This document shows positions 52,711 to 61,728 of a stretch of 64,000 nt of DNA, in pieces. This DNA is from a virus: the IMG/VR virus record IMGVR_UViG_3300026484_000110; one strand, 5' to 3'. The notes beneath the pieces are model-generated. The model saw only the letters and a list, made by a program, of their open reading frames with translations. It had not been told where the DNA came from and made no database searches. A program made the position numbers and the translations under genes. Numbering within the stretch: the first letter of the stretch is position 1; each line of letters starts with the position of its first letter.

Positions 52711-53470
52711 GTAATATATATAAATATAAAATTTATATATATTACTTCGTATATCTTTTCGTATATATTGTACTAACATTAATTAATAGGGTTTTTCAAA
52801 AATGAACGATCTCAATATACATAACCTGTAAAAAAGATTGAAAAACCCTAAAACAAAACAACTGAGTATACCTGAGTAAAAATATTCCCTAATGGAGTGA
52901 GTTTTAAATTACTCACTCCTTAAAAGCATTTTACTCAGTTGTTTTGTAGTTAGATAATTCATTTTCCATTTCTTTCAAGCAAGCTTGAAAGTTTTAGTGA
53001 AAGAAATGGAAAATGAATTGAAAAGCTATTACTCTGAGAAATTACTTAGAAAGAAATTACCTTGATAGAGTTTTAAAGTAATAGCAAACAATCGTTTACA
53101 AACTTTTTTGAAGATACTATAACATGACAGAAATGTGATAAACGTAACAAAAAAATCAAAAACAACAAATTCATTTAGCATCATTTTTGTGTAGAACTAT
53201 GATAGCTTTGAAACAAACAAGTGTGACAAATTGTGAAAGCATTTTGAAACACCAAACAAAATTAATAGCATGTGGAAAAAGAATACAAAAACAAGGTAAA
53301 TAAAATCACATTTCTGTCATAAACACAGTATTTAGGTAGTATGTAGCGATAGACGAAAACTACTCAAGATTGGAGATAGTGAGTAATCTATCGCAATGAA
53401 ATTTAGTTAAAACATTCATATACGTCAATGTGGTCAAAATAGACCACATTGATAATATTTGATTTTTTTT
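52711..53470. other. ORF-free region rich in inverted repeats (candidate ncRNA, origin or packaging region)
   Basis: Perfect inverted repeats of 15, 13, 14, 22, 16 and 11 bp; coordinates in findings. Confidence 0.6.
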
Positions 53471-53520
53471 CATTTATATATTACTAAGATGTAAACAAAC
53501 TAATTAAAAAGGAGTTTAAT

Positions 53521-53982
53521 ATGGTAGCAACAAATACTGTGGAAAGAACAACAAAGTATTCTGTGGAACTTAAGGTATCCGATAAAAAGATAGTAACGGA
53601 AACAATCAGGTTATTACTACCTGATACTATATATGAAATTTTAAAGTATAAGTTTAATGGTTTACATCTTAAATTAAGGAATGTTTTAAATTTAAGTACA
53701 AACCAGGATTTAATAAGACAAATAAGAAAAATAGTAAATTCGATAATAATATTTGAAACATCTAAGAATGATGAAATTTACTTAGATACGGTTGTAGATA
53801 AAGGTAGTTATGAACATCACGTGGTCGTAGCATTGTTATGCGAAATCGGTACATGGTTGGAAGAAAGAGGTTTTGTGAGGATTATAAGATCTAAATATAA
53901 AAGTATTGAGTTGGATGAATTTGATGCAAACATTTTGATTACATTATTTAAAAAGGTATACGATAGAAATAATGAAAATTAA
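53521..53982 (+). CDS. Hypothetical early protein
   Basis: ORF track; promoter motif and SD. Confidence 0.7.
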   Translation: MVATNTVERTTKYSVELKVSDKKIVTETIRLLLPDTIYEILKYKFNGLHLKLRNVLNLSTNQDLIRQIRKIVNSIIIFETSKNDEIYLDTVVDKGSYEHHVVVALLCEIGTWLEERGFVRIIRSKYKSIELDEFDANILITLFKKVYDRNNEN

Positions 53983-53993
53983 AGGAGACAAAT

Positions 53994-54326
53994 ATGGAGA
54001 AAAGAATATCCTATGGAGAATACCTAGTTTTAAAAGATAAAGGTTTGGTTGCAAAAGATGATTTATTAGAAAGGTTAAGGAAATTAGGGGATGATATTGA
54101 TATCGAGTACGCGTTAGGAAACGACTATGAAGCAGTACTACGTGTTGTTAAGGAATATACCGTTTTAACGGATAATGAAATTAATGATGTGTCCTTGTTA
54201 AACGTTGATGTAGTTGCTTATGTGCTGGCTGCTTTACAATACCATATAAGTGAAGGTGGTCTGGTAAATTGGACATATTACGTAATACCTCCGATATTTG
54301 CTGTAAACGTAGTACTAGAAGATTGA
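53994..54326 (+). CDS. Hypothetical protein
   Basis: ORF track; SD present. Confidence 0.7.
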   Translation: MEKRISYGEYLVLKDKGLVAKDDLLERLRKLGDDIDIEYALGNDYEAVLRVVKEYTVLTDNEINDVSLLNVDVVAYVLAALQYHISEGGLVNWTYYVIPPIFAVNVVLED

Positions 54327-54427
54327 ATAAGTGTTTCCAATATAAATCATTTATATATTATTAAGACAGACTAGTGGCGAGTAATCGCTGCTAGGAGTCT
54401 ATTTAAATCCAAACAAAGGAGTAGAGA

Positions 54428-54577
54428 ATGTTTGATTTTATTAAAGATATTGACTTAAAATGCGTAGTCGTGGGTGCTGTAGCTGGTTTAGTTACTGGTG
54501 GAGCTATATTGGTAGGTAAGAAATTATTGGACAAAGATGAGAATGACGGAAAAAAAGGAGGTAAAGATGAAAATTAA
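54428..54577 (+). CDS. 49-aa single-TM peptide
   Basis: Hand translation beginning MFDFIKDIDLKCVVVGAVAGLVTGGAILVGKKLL; AAGGAG SD. Confidence 0.6.
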   Translation: MFDFIKDIDLKCVVVGAVAGLVTGGAILVGKKLLDKDENDGKKGGKDEN

Positions 54578-54722
54578 AGACCTCCTAAAAACAGCTGCGG
54601 TGGTGGTCATTGCTGTACCGGCCGTTGTAGTAGCAGCTAAGTATGGAGAAGATATCTATGAATGGAGTAAGGACAAATTAGAGGATATCTTCTCCAAAAC
54701 AGAAGAAGTAGACATCGAATAA
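54567..54722 (+). CDS. 51-aa single-TM peptide
   Basis: Begins MKIKDLLKTAAVVVIAVPAVVVAAKYG; start moved to the ATG after GGAGG. Confidence 0.6.
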   Translation: MKIKDLLKTAAVVVIAVPAVVVAAKYGEDIYEWSKDKLEDIFSKTEEVDIE

Positions 54723-54776
54723 TTCCTGACTTCTTCTGTCTTTTTTTCTTATAATAAATAATATAAAGGATTAAGC

Positions 54777-55223
54777 ATGGAAAAAGAATATAAAAATAAA
54801 AATCTAATAATTAAATTTTTAGAGGATAAAGGTTTGTATAAAAATGAAGTAAAAGTATTGAAATTAACAGAGGTAAAAGAATATGCTGAGAATGTATTAG
54901 GTATTCATGATCCTGATGAGCAAATTACCAAGGATCTAAACGAAATCAGATTTTGTAGAACTGATTTTATTGTTTACTCATTTCTACATAATTTAGGAGA
55001 TGTTGGTTCAATGATAACTCGAGGTAAATGGGAGTACCTTTTTAATAATGTAGAATTTATTTTCCTAAACAAGAATACAAATAATGATGTCATCATTTTT
55101 ACAAATGATCCTGGATACTTAATTGGTAAAAATGGTGAGAATATAAAAAATGTAGCAAAATTTTTTAATTTAAAATTAAACAGAAAATTGAGGTACATAG
55201 TGAAAAAAGAAGATGAAGAATGA
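54777..55223 (+). CDS. Hypothetical protein with C-terminal KH-like domain
   Basis: TNDPGYLIGKNGENIKNV. Confidence 0.55.
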   Translation: MEKEYKNKNLIIKFLEDKGLYKNEVKVLKLTEVKEYAENVLGIHDPDEQITKDLNEIRFCRTDFIVYSFLHNLGDVGSMITRGKWEYLFNNVEFIFLNKNTNNDVIIFTNDPGYLIGKNGENIKNVAKFFNLKLNRKLRYIVKKEDEE

Positions 55224-55360
55224 AACAAAATTAATTTAAATAAAGAAAATGAAAAGATAGTTAAAGATGCTATCAGGATAAAATCCTGATAGTGTACTCT
55301 TTTTTATTTTTATATCATTAATACGAGATAGTCAGTGTTTTCTAAAATAAGGAGTTTGTA

Positions 55361-55933
55361 ATGGCAACTGGTATGGTGAATGACAGACTAATGGTCTATT
55401 GCATTAGAAGAAGTGATGTAATTGATTTGTTTGTAATGTATAATGGTCTATGGTGTGGTAAAACATATAGTAAAGATACACTAGGTGAATATTTATGGAA
55501 GGATTTTAGTTTTTTAATAGAGGGGGAGTTGATATTTTTAGGAGATTTTGAAATGTTAACAGAATTTCTATTTCCAAAATATATTAAAATTACTGAAGAT
55601 AATTTTGGAGATTACATAGATTTGAAAATTGGTTTAATAGGTAGTTTACTTAGAAGATATGGTTTAATACCTGATGAATATTTATCAATAATAAAAATCT
55701 ATAAAAACATTCTATATGTTTTAAAGGAAAGGAACAATGAGAACGATAAAAATAAAGCAGGAGCTATAAAAGAGTTTTTGTTGTGGTGGAAGACTAATAT
55801 GTGGTTAGAACCTTACGTAGAATCTGAAATAGGAATGTTGTTGTCTACTATATTAGTGTTTTTTAATATTGATGTAAACGGATATAGGATACTAAATACT
55901 AACAATGAAAGGAGTGATTATGACAATAGTTAG
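55361..55933 (+). CDS. Hypothetical protein
   Basis: ORF track; SD present. Confidence 0.7.
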   Translation: MATGMVNDRLMVYCIRRSDVIDLFVMYNGLWCGKTYSKDTLGEYLWKDFSFLIEGELIFLGDFEMLTEFLFPKYIKITEDNFGDYIDLKIGLIGSLLRRYGLIPDEYLSIIKIYKNILYVLKERNNENDKNKAGAIKEFLLWWKTNMWLEPYVESEIGMLLSTILVFFNIDVNGYRILNTNNERSDYDNS

Positions 55934-56369
55934 TATAGTAAAAAGTATTCAAGATTTTCTAGGCATAACAGGATATAAGTTTGTCATAATAGATGACAAA
56001 TTGGTATCGGTAAACAAGTTTTTTAAGATAAAACATAAAGCTGGTGATATTTTCTTACAACTGTTAAGAGAACATTGTTTAGATAATATCGATAATAATT
56101 TAACCCGTATCTATTCTTTATGGAAAGAAGCAATATGTAATATTACGAAATACATAAAAATAGAAAATAGAGAATACATGATATTTGTTGGATATGATAT
56201 TGAAACACATTCAATTACTCTATCTATAAACAAAGATGAATTTGAGACACTTGATAGCGACATGATTAAAATTGCTAACATAATAGGTGTAGAAATATTA
56301 AAAATTCTTTTAGATTTTGAATTACAAGAAAAATATTTAAAAGGAGTGCAAAATGAGTATAATAGATAA
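55920..56369 (+). CDS. Hypothetical protein
   Basis: Start moved to the ATG after AAGGAG. Confidence 0.7.
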   Translation: MTIVSIVKSIQDFLGITGYKFVIIDDKLVSVNKFFKIKHKAGDIFLQLLREHCLDNIDNNLTRIYSLWKEAICNITKYIKIENREYMIFVGYDIETHSITLSINKDEFETLDSDMIKIANIIGVEILKILLDFELQEKYLKGVQNEYNR

Positions 56370-56838
56370 ATGGTTAGGAGATAGACTAAATAAGGCTAAA
56401 AAGAATAGCTATCCCGATTTACATAGTTTACAAGACATTATAGACATAGATCCAAAGGATAATACACTGTTTATAAAGTATTATCATGGTGAAGTAGAAC
56501 CATTGACTACTATAAGACTTTTAGAGTTTTTTCTAAGACAAGCTGAGTTTAAATTTGTTGTTAAAGCATTAAGGAGTGGAGATATTAGGTATAGTAGTTT
56601 AATAGATGATATATTAAAAAGAGAAATATGCGGCATTACGTGGCATGAGGGTAAAAAGATCAAGGGTTGTTTTAGGGAATTGGAGAATGGGAATAAAATT
56701 CAATTTACTATAGAGTCTGACGAATATGGTTTAGTAGATAAAATTAAAATAATGAGAGAGTTATTACCTGTTGTAGGTGGTAGAATTTTAGAATTAGCTT
56801 ATGCTTACAAGAATGGGATAAAATTAGATAACATCTAA
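56353..56838 (+). CDS. Hypothetical protein
   Basis: ORF track; SD present. Confidence 0.7.
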   Translation: MSIIDKWLGDRLNKAKKNSYPDLHSLQDIIDIDPKDNTLFIKYYHGEVEPLTTIRLLEFFLRQAEFKFVVKALRSGDIRYSSLIDDILKREICGITWHEGKKIKGCFRELENGNKIQFTIESDEYGLVDKIKIMRELLPVVGGRILELAYAYKNGIKLDNI

Positions 56839-56890
56839 AGTATTTTATTTATATATTACTAAGATGTAAATAAATTAATTAAAGGAGTCT

Positions 56891-57616
56891 ATGATGTTTG
56901 GACAACAATCATCTCTCAACAACAACAGTACATTCTTGCTATCAAGTTTCCCGGTTACAGAAAGCGGTTATTCGGTAGAGAAGAAATCACAGGTAAAAGC
57001 TATTATTGATAATTACAGCCTTGATACGTTTATTTCAATTCCTGGAGGTACCATATGGGTCCCAGGAGTAGAAATGGAAGTTATAAATATAGACAGTTTT
57101 CACGCCGATAATGAAACTGGTAAAATTAAGGAAATGAAATTTAGTGGTGAACCAAAAGTAGTTCTACTAGATGAATGGGAAGTAGCGGGCGTGAACGTAA
57201 CGTTGAATTATGAAATGACAAACTATATTATTAACAACCTAATATTTAGGGATGGTAAACTAGATTTTAACGGTGAAGGGATTGAAATCTTAGAATTAGC
57301 CGATGAGGATTTACAATTACTTTTACATAGTAATTTTATTAAGACTAGGTTAAAAGAAATGATAGATGAATTTGATTTTGATTTAGTAGAACTAAGGTTC
57401 GAAAAAAATGACAATTGCGATGTTATGGGTAGAGTTAAAGTAACTTATGATTATGATGGAAGAATCTATCACATGGTCTTTCCATTCACCATGCCTAAGT
57501 GGGGGTATGAAATAGTCATTTTAGATAATGAAGAAAAAATTTCTCCAAATAGTGCTGTGTTATTTAAAATATTTTTGAATACTCTTATAAAAAGAGAATT
57601 TAAAAACGGAGAATAG
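56891..57616 (+). CDS. Hypothetical protein
   Basis: ORF track; promoter motif and SD. Confidence 0.7.
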   Translation: MMFGQQSSLNNNSTFLLSSFPVTESGYSVEKKSQVKAIIDNYSLDTFISIPGGTIWVPGVEMEVINIDSFHADNETGKIKEMKFSGEPKVVLLDEWEVAGVNVTLNYEMTNYIINNLIFRDGKLDFNGEGIEILELADEDLQLLLHSNFIKTRLKEMIDEFDFDLVELRFEKNDNCDVMGRVKVTYDYDGRIYHMVFPFTMPKWGYEIVILDNEEKISPNSAVLFKIFLNTLIKREFKNGE

Positions 57617-57624
57617 GAAGACTC

Positions 57625-57939
57625 CTATCTCCTCTTTTTATTTTTCTTATTTTTATCTTTCCACTTTTTGACACACTCACAATCTTTACCAAGCTTTTTT
57701 CTAATACCAAAATTATTAGCAAATATAGCTCTTTTGTGTAAAACAGGATCATCAGTCTCCAATGCTTTACAAATACATTCACAAGTGACACCTTCAAAAC
57801 CTTGTTCTATACACCATTTTGTAAATGCTCCAGGATGTTTAATTTCTATTTTAGGTTTTTTATTTTTATCGTTTTCTTTTTTATTATTTTTAGGTTTGTT
57901 TTCTTCGAAACCTAAATATTTCGTTAATATGTTTTCCAT
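57625..57939 (-). CDS. Small basic Cys-rich putative head protein
   Basis: N-terminal LGFE motif; IKHPGAFTKW; six Cys; Lys/Arg-rich ends. Confidence 0.6.
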   Translation of the reverse strand: MENILTKYLGFEENKPKNNKKENDKNKKPKIEIKHPGAFTKWCIEQGFEGVTCECICKALETDDPVLHKRAIFANNFGIRKKLGKDCECVKKWKDKNKKNKKRR

Positions 57940-57951
57940 TGTTGTCTCCTT

Positions 57952-59169
57952 TTAGTTTTGTTTTAACATTCTTAAAAACATATAAATTACAATTATTATA
58001 ATCAATGAACTTATGACCCAAGACGTTTTCACAGTCATGCATTTTCTTAATACTTTCTTAAAATATTTTTTAACTGTATCCATATCCTTATTTTTTACTT
58101 TACTACTACTCCAGTAATTTCTTAACAACACTAGTGCATTAGGTATATTAGCTCTATTCGATATACTTACATTCATTCTTTGTAAGTATTCCATGTTAAT
58201 AGATATTACTAATTCTATAATTTTAAACATATCTTTTGGTTTATTTATTTTCTCATTTGTTATACATTTTATAGCATCCTGAATATACTTTTCTTTTACA
58301 TTAGGAAATAAACTACTCACTACGTACAATAAGTTATTATCTAAAAAGTCATTAGGTTTATAAATGATATTTTTTAATATAGAAATGTAGACTGTTTCGT
58401 TAGTACGTTCACGTATCTGCTTTTCATTTTTTTCTCCACCTACATACGTAGTATCTTCTGTAGATATGGTAGTCTTATTTTTTACTACATCTACCAATAC
58501 TTTATAAATACTAACTAACATTGACCTTAATTTGGTTTGTGTATCTATAATTATTCTAACTGCATCTTCAGTAGTTAGTCTAAGTATTCTATTGTAAAAT
58601 TGTGATTTTTTATCTAAACACATTTTTACTCTATATAAAAATACATCTTGCCATGATTCAAGTTTTTTAATTAGGTATTTATGAGATAATTTTTCATATA
58701 CTGTTAATGCTGTGTTTTCATCTACAGCATACTTAAAGTACCAGCTATAAAGAGACGAAAACATTCTATACTGCATTATTAAACATGCTTCTTTTACTCC
58801 ATTATGTCTTTCATTTTCACTTAGTTCTTTATTATTTAAGAATCTATGCGCTGTATAAATTAATAACTGGTAAATTAGATTGCTAGCTACTTTCCATTTT
58901 TTATCTATTCCGTTTACTTTATATAAGTCTTCTTGTAACTTTTTTGGATCTTGTATATTGAAAATACTCAATAGGTTTTCATCGTCTATTGATGAAAATC
59001 TTATACTATGTACTCCAACAAGATTACTACCCAAAAATTCTATATATTCTTCATCTTTAGTGCTCCATTCTAATCTAAAATTTTTTAATTTATTTATTAA
59101 TGTCCTATCGAATTTTATATCTTTTAGATAATAGGAGAAAAAGGATTTTATGTCTTTATATTTTTCCAT
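57952..59169 (-). CDS. Conserved jumbo-phage protein, function unknown
   Basis: EFLGSNLVGVHSIRF recalled from phiKZ-like core genes; unverified. Confidence 0.5.
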   Translation of the reverse strand: MEKYKDIKSFFSYYLKDIKFDRTLINKLKNFRLEWSTKDEEYIEFLGSNLVGVHSIRFSSIDDENLLSIFNIQDPKKLQEDLYKVNGIDKKWKVASNLIYQLLIYTAHRFLNNKELSENERHNGVKEACLIMQYRMFSSLYSWYFKYAVDENTALTVYEKLSHKYLIKKLESWQDVFLYRVKMCLDKKSQFYNRILRLTTEDAVRIIIDTQTKLRSMLVSIYKVLVDVVKNKTTISTEDTTYVGGEKNEKQIRERTNETVYISILKNIIYKPNDFLDNNLLYVVSSLFPNVKEKYIQDAIKCITNEKINKPKDMFKIIELVISINMEYLQRMNVSISNRANIPNALVLLRNYWSSSKVKNKDMDTVKKYFKKVLRKCMTVKTSWVISSLIIIIVIYMFLRMLKQN

Positions 59170-59177
59170 TTTGTATC

Positions 59178-59558
59178 CTATTTTTTATTTTTTAAAGATT
59201 TTTCTATTAATTCTACAATATTTACCTCTTCTAAATAGAAATTATTTTTATAATTATATTCGTAAGCCTCAAATTGAGTTATTGAATGTAATTCTCTATT
59301 TACGGCCAATAGATATTTTTTACTTTTTTTATCGTAGACTATTTTAGCTTTTACTGGTAATTCTAACCATAGCATAATTAATAAACTTAATTCATATTCT
59401 TCTATAAATTTTTTACCTGCAGGACATTTCTCTAAATTTTTCATTGCTATGTGAAATTCTCTTATTTTGTCTTTACCAGTCATCGCGTCACCTATAGCTC
59501 CTAATACCTCTAGTAATCCATCTAAAAAACCTTCATTTCCAGTTACTATGTTTTTCAT
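59178..59558 (-). CDS. Putative head protein
   Basis: N-terminal TGNE (G-x-E) motif; AAGGAG SD. Confidence 0.5.
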   Translation of the reverse strand: MKNIVTGNEGFLDGLLEVLGAIGDAMTGKDKIREFHIAMKNLEKCPAGKKFIEEYELSLLIMLWLELPVKAKIVYDKKSKKYLLAVNRELHSITQFEAYEYNYKNNFYLEEVNIVELIEKSLKNKK

Positions 59559-59641
59559 CTTTGCTCCTTTAAATCTTAATGTTTCACATCATTTTTAAAA
59601 CATTTACATTTTCTGAATGTAAAAAATAATAAAGGTAAGGA

Positions 59642-61507
59642 ATGATGGTAAGTGAGGAAAAAATAAATGAATATTTAAAAGAACTAGAACATGACAATAT
59701 TTTCTTAAAACCTGTAAATTCTGAAATATATGAAAAATTAAGTAAAGAGGAACATAGAGATTTAGTTAAAAGAATTATATCTAGCAGGTATAACAATTAT
59801 GAGGAATATAAGTTATTTAAAGATACAAAATTATCCACAATTTTAAGTAGACCGTTTATGAGTAGGTTAATAGGAATACAAGATGCCAGCAATGCTATAA
59901 ATGAGGTAATCGAAAATAATGGTTTTATTTTACATATATGTGATTACGATGTAGATGGAGTAACATCAGGTGCTATTGGATACAAAATGTATAAAAATCT
60001 TTTTGAACATACTAATTTTGAAATAATGGTAAATCGTAGAGAGTGGAGTAATGGTATAAATAATACAATAGTAAATAAAATATTAGAATTAAGCAAAACT
60101 AGAAAAATAGACTTAATAATTACTTCTGATCACGGTAGCCATGATAAAGACAGATTAAAGATATTAAAAGATAAGTTAAATTGTAAAATAGTAGTAACAG
60201 ACCATCATCTGTTTGATGAAAAAGATAGCGTACAGTCAGTAGTTGATGGTTTTGTAAATCCACAAAGAAACGATAATAAAGATTTAAAACAAATTACTGG
60301 TGCTAATGTATTATACTTTACGTTACTTTATAGTTATTTAGATTATATTACTAAACACCCAGAGTATAAAACAATCGTAAATAAAGATATTGTAAATATA
60401 AACACATTAACAAAATTAGATTATATATATTATCTTTTATCATATGTAGCTATGACAATTATCTCTGATGTAGTGGATGTTAAATTCTATGTTAATCGCA
60501 AACTTCTGATAAAAGGTTTATCTACTATAAATAGTAAAACTGTCATTCATGAAGTATTCTGGGAATTAGCAAAAGAAAGACTATCTACTAGTTATTTTAT
60601 CGATGAAACAGTATTAGGTTTTGATATTGTTCCAGCTTTAAATAGTGCTGGTAGAATAGATAATCCTAGATTGGCATATGAACTTTTAATAACTGAACAT
60701 AAAGAAAAGGCTATAGAATTTGAGGATAATATCTTAGAACTAAATAATAAAAGAAAAGACATACAAAATACAGCTATGTTAAGAGAGGATATTTTGGAGT
60801 ATAAATCAGATAGAGTATATGTAGCTTTAATAAAAGATAGCGAAGGCGTACAGGGTAATATTGCTAATAACATTTTGTTTAATAGTAATTATAGTGTGGT
60901 AATTTGTTTTACAGAACAGGTAAATGAAAGAGGTAAAATATTTATAGGTTCAGGTAGATTATCTGGCAATGGAAATTTAAAAGAATTGTTAGATAAAATA
61001 AACGAAGAAAAGGATATCATTATTGATTATGGTGGACATAAACAAGCATGCGGTATTAAAATAAAACCTAAATTAAAAGAATTTTTTAAATCAATAAACA
61101 AATTAGTAAATGAACATGATATTAAAAAAGAAGATAAACTCTTCATAGACGAAGTAATTTATAGTAATAGAAAATTGTTTACTAGTCTTTTTGATGTAAA
61201 AGTAGCAGGACCATATGGTATGGGTTATCCTAAACCATTATTTGTATCTGATGTTTATCTACATAGTTTTAGAATATTTACTAAGAAGAATAAAAAATAT
61301 TTAAATGCTAAGGTATTGTTGAGTCCTATTTCCGATTTTAAAGTAAATTTATTTTATTCACTTACTAAAAACGATATAGAAAATAATCTGCATGATGAAA
61401 TAAAAAATGTAAAGAAACTTAGGTTGGTTTATACAATATCTATTAATACATATATGAGTAACAATCAGATATTGTTAAATGTTGAAAAATTAGACATACT
61501 GGAGTAG
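59642..61507 (+). CDS. recJ: RecJ-like ssDNA exonuclease (DHH/DHHA1)
   Basis: DYDVDG, ITSDHG, VTDHH, NSAGRID, GSGR, GGHKQACG and GPYGMGYPKP. Confidence 0.92.
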   Translation: MMVSEEKINEYLKELEHDNIFLKPVNSEIYEKLSKEEHRDLVKRIISSRYNNYEEYKLFKDTKLSTILSRPFMSRLIGIQDASNAINEVIENNGFILHICDYDVDGVTSGAIGYKMYKNLFEHTNFEIMVNRREWSNGINNTIVNKILELSKTRKIDLIITSDHGSHDKDRLKILKDKLNCKIVVTDHHLFDEKDSVQSVVDGFVNPQRNDNKDLKQITGANVLYFTLLYSYLDYITKHPEYKTIVNKDIVNINTLTKLDYIYYLLSYVAMTIISDVVDVKFYVNRKLLIKGLSTINSKTVIHEVFWELAKERLSTSYFIDETVLGFDIVPALNSAGRIDNPRLAYELLITEHKEKAIEFEDNILELNNKRKDIQNTAMLREDILEYKSDRVYVALIKDSEGVQGNIANNILFNSNYSVVICFTEQVNERGKIFIGSGRLSGNGNLKELLDKINEEKDIIIDYGGHKQACGIKIKPKLKEFFKSINKLVNEHDIKKEDKLFIDEVIYSNRKLFTSLFDVKVAGPYGMGYPKPLFVSDVYLHSFRIFTKKNKKYLNAKVLLSPISDFKVNLFYSLTKNDIENNLHDEIKNVKKLRLVYTISINTYMSNNQILLNVEKLDILE

Positions 61508-61728
61508 TATCTACTACTCCAGTATAATAAAATTTTGAGTACGGGCATCTTAAATATTTAATTTTAAATAACATATGTAGTCTCTTTATTTTTTTTTACA
61601 ACTTTTAGCATATAGCATTATACCTATAACATCCCCTAAAAATGAAAATCTCTTAGTAAGGTAATGAGAACTATTAAACCCGTACTCAAAGAAAAGATAG
61701 AATGAATTAATAATATTAAGGAGAAATT

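Noticed and set aside
52418-52805. 78-aa and 75-aa ORFs
   Set aside because: Translations of A-tracts and TA repeats; low complexity and no SD.
52700-53470. CRISPR array, tRNA or tmRNA interpretation of the repeat region
   Set aside because: The repeats are inverted and unrelated to each other rather than regularly spaced direct repeats; no cloverleaf or tmRNA ends were recognised.
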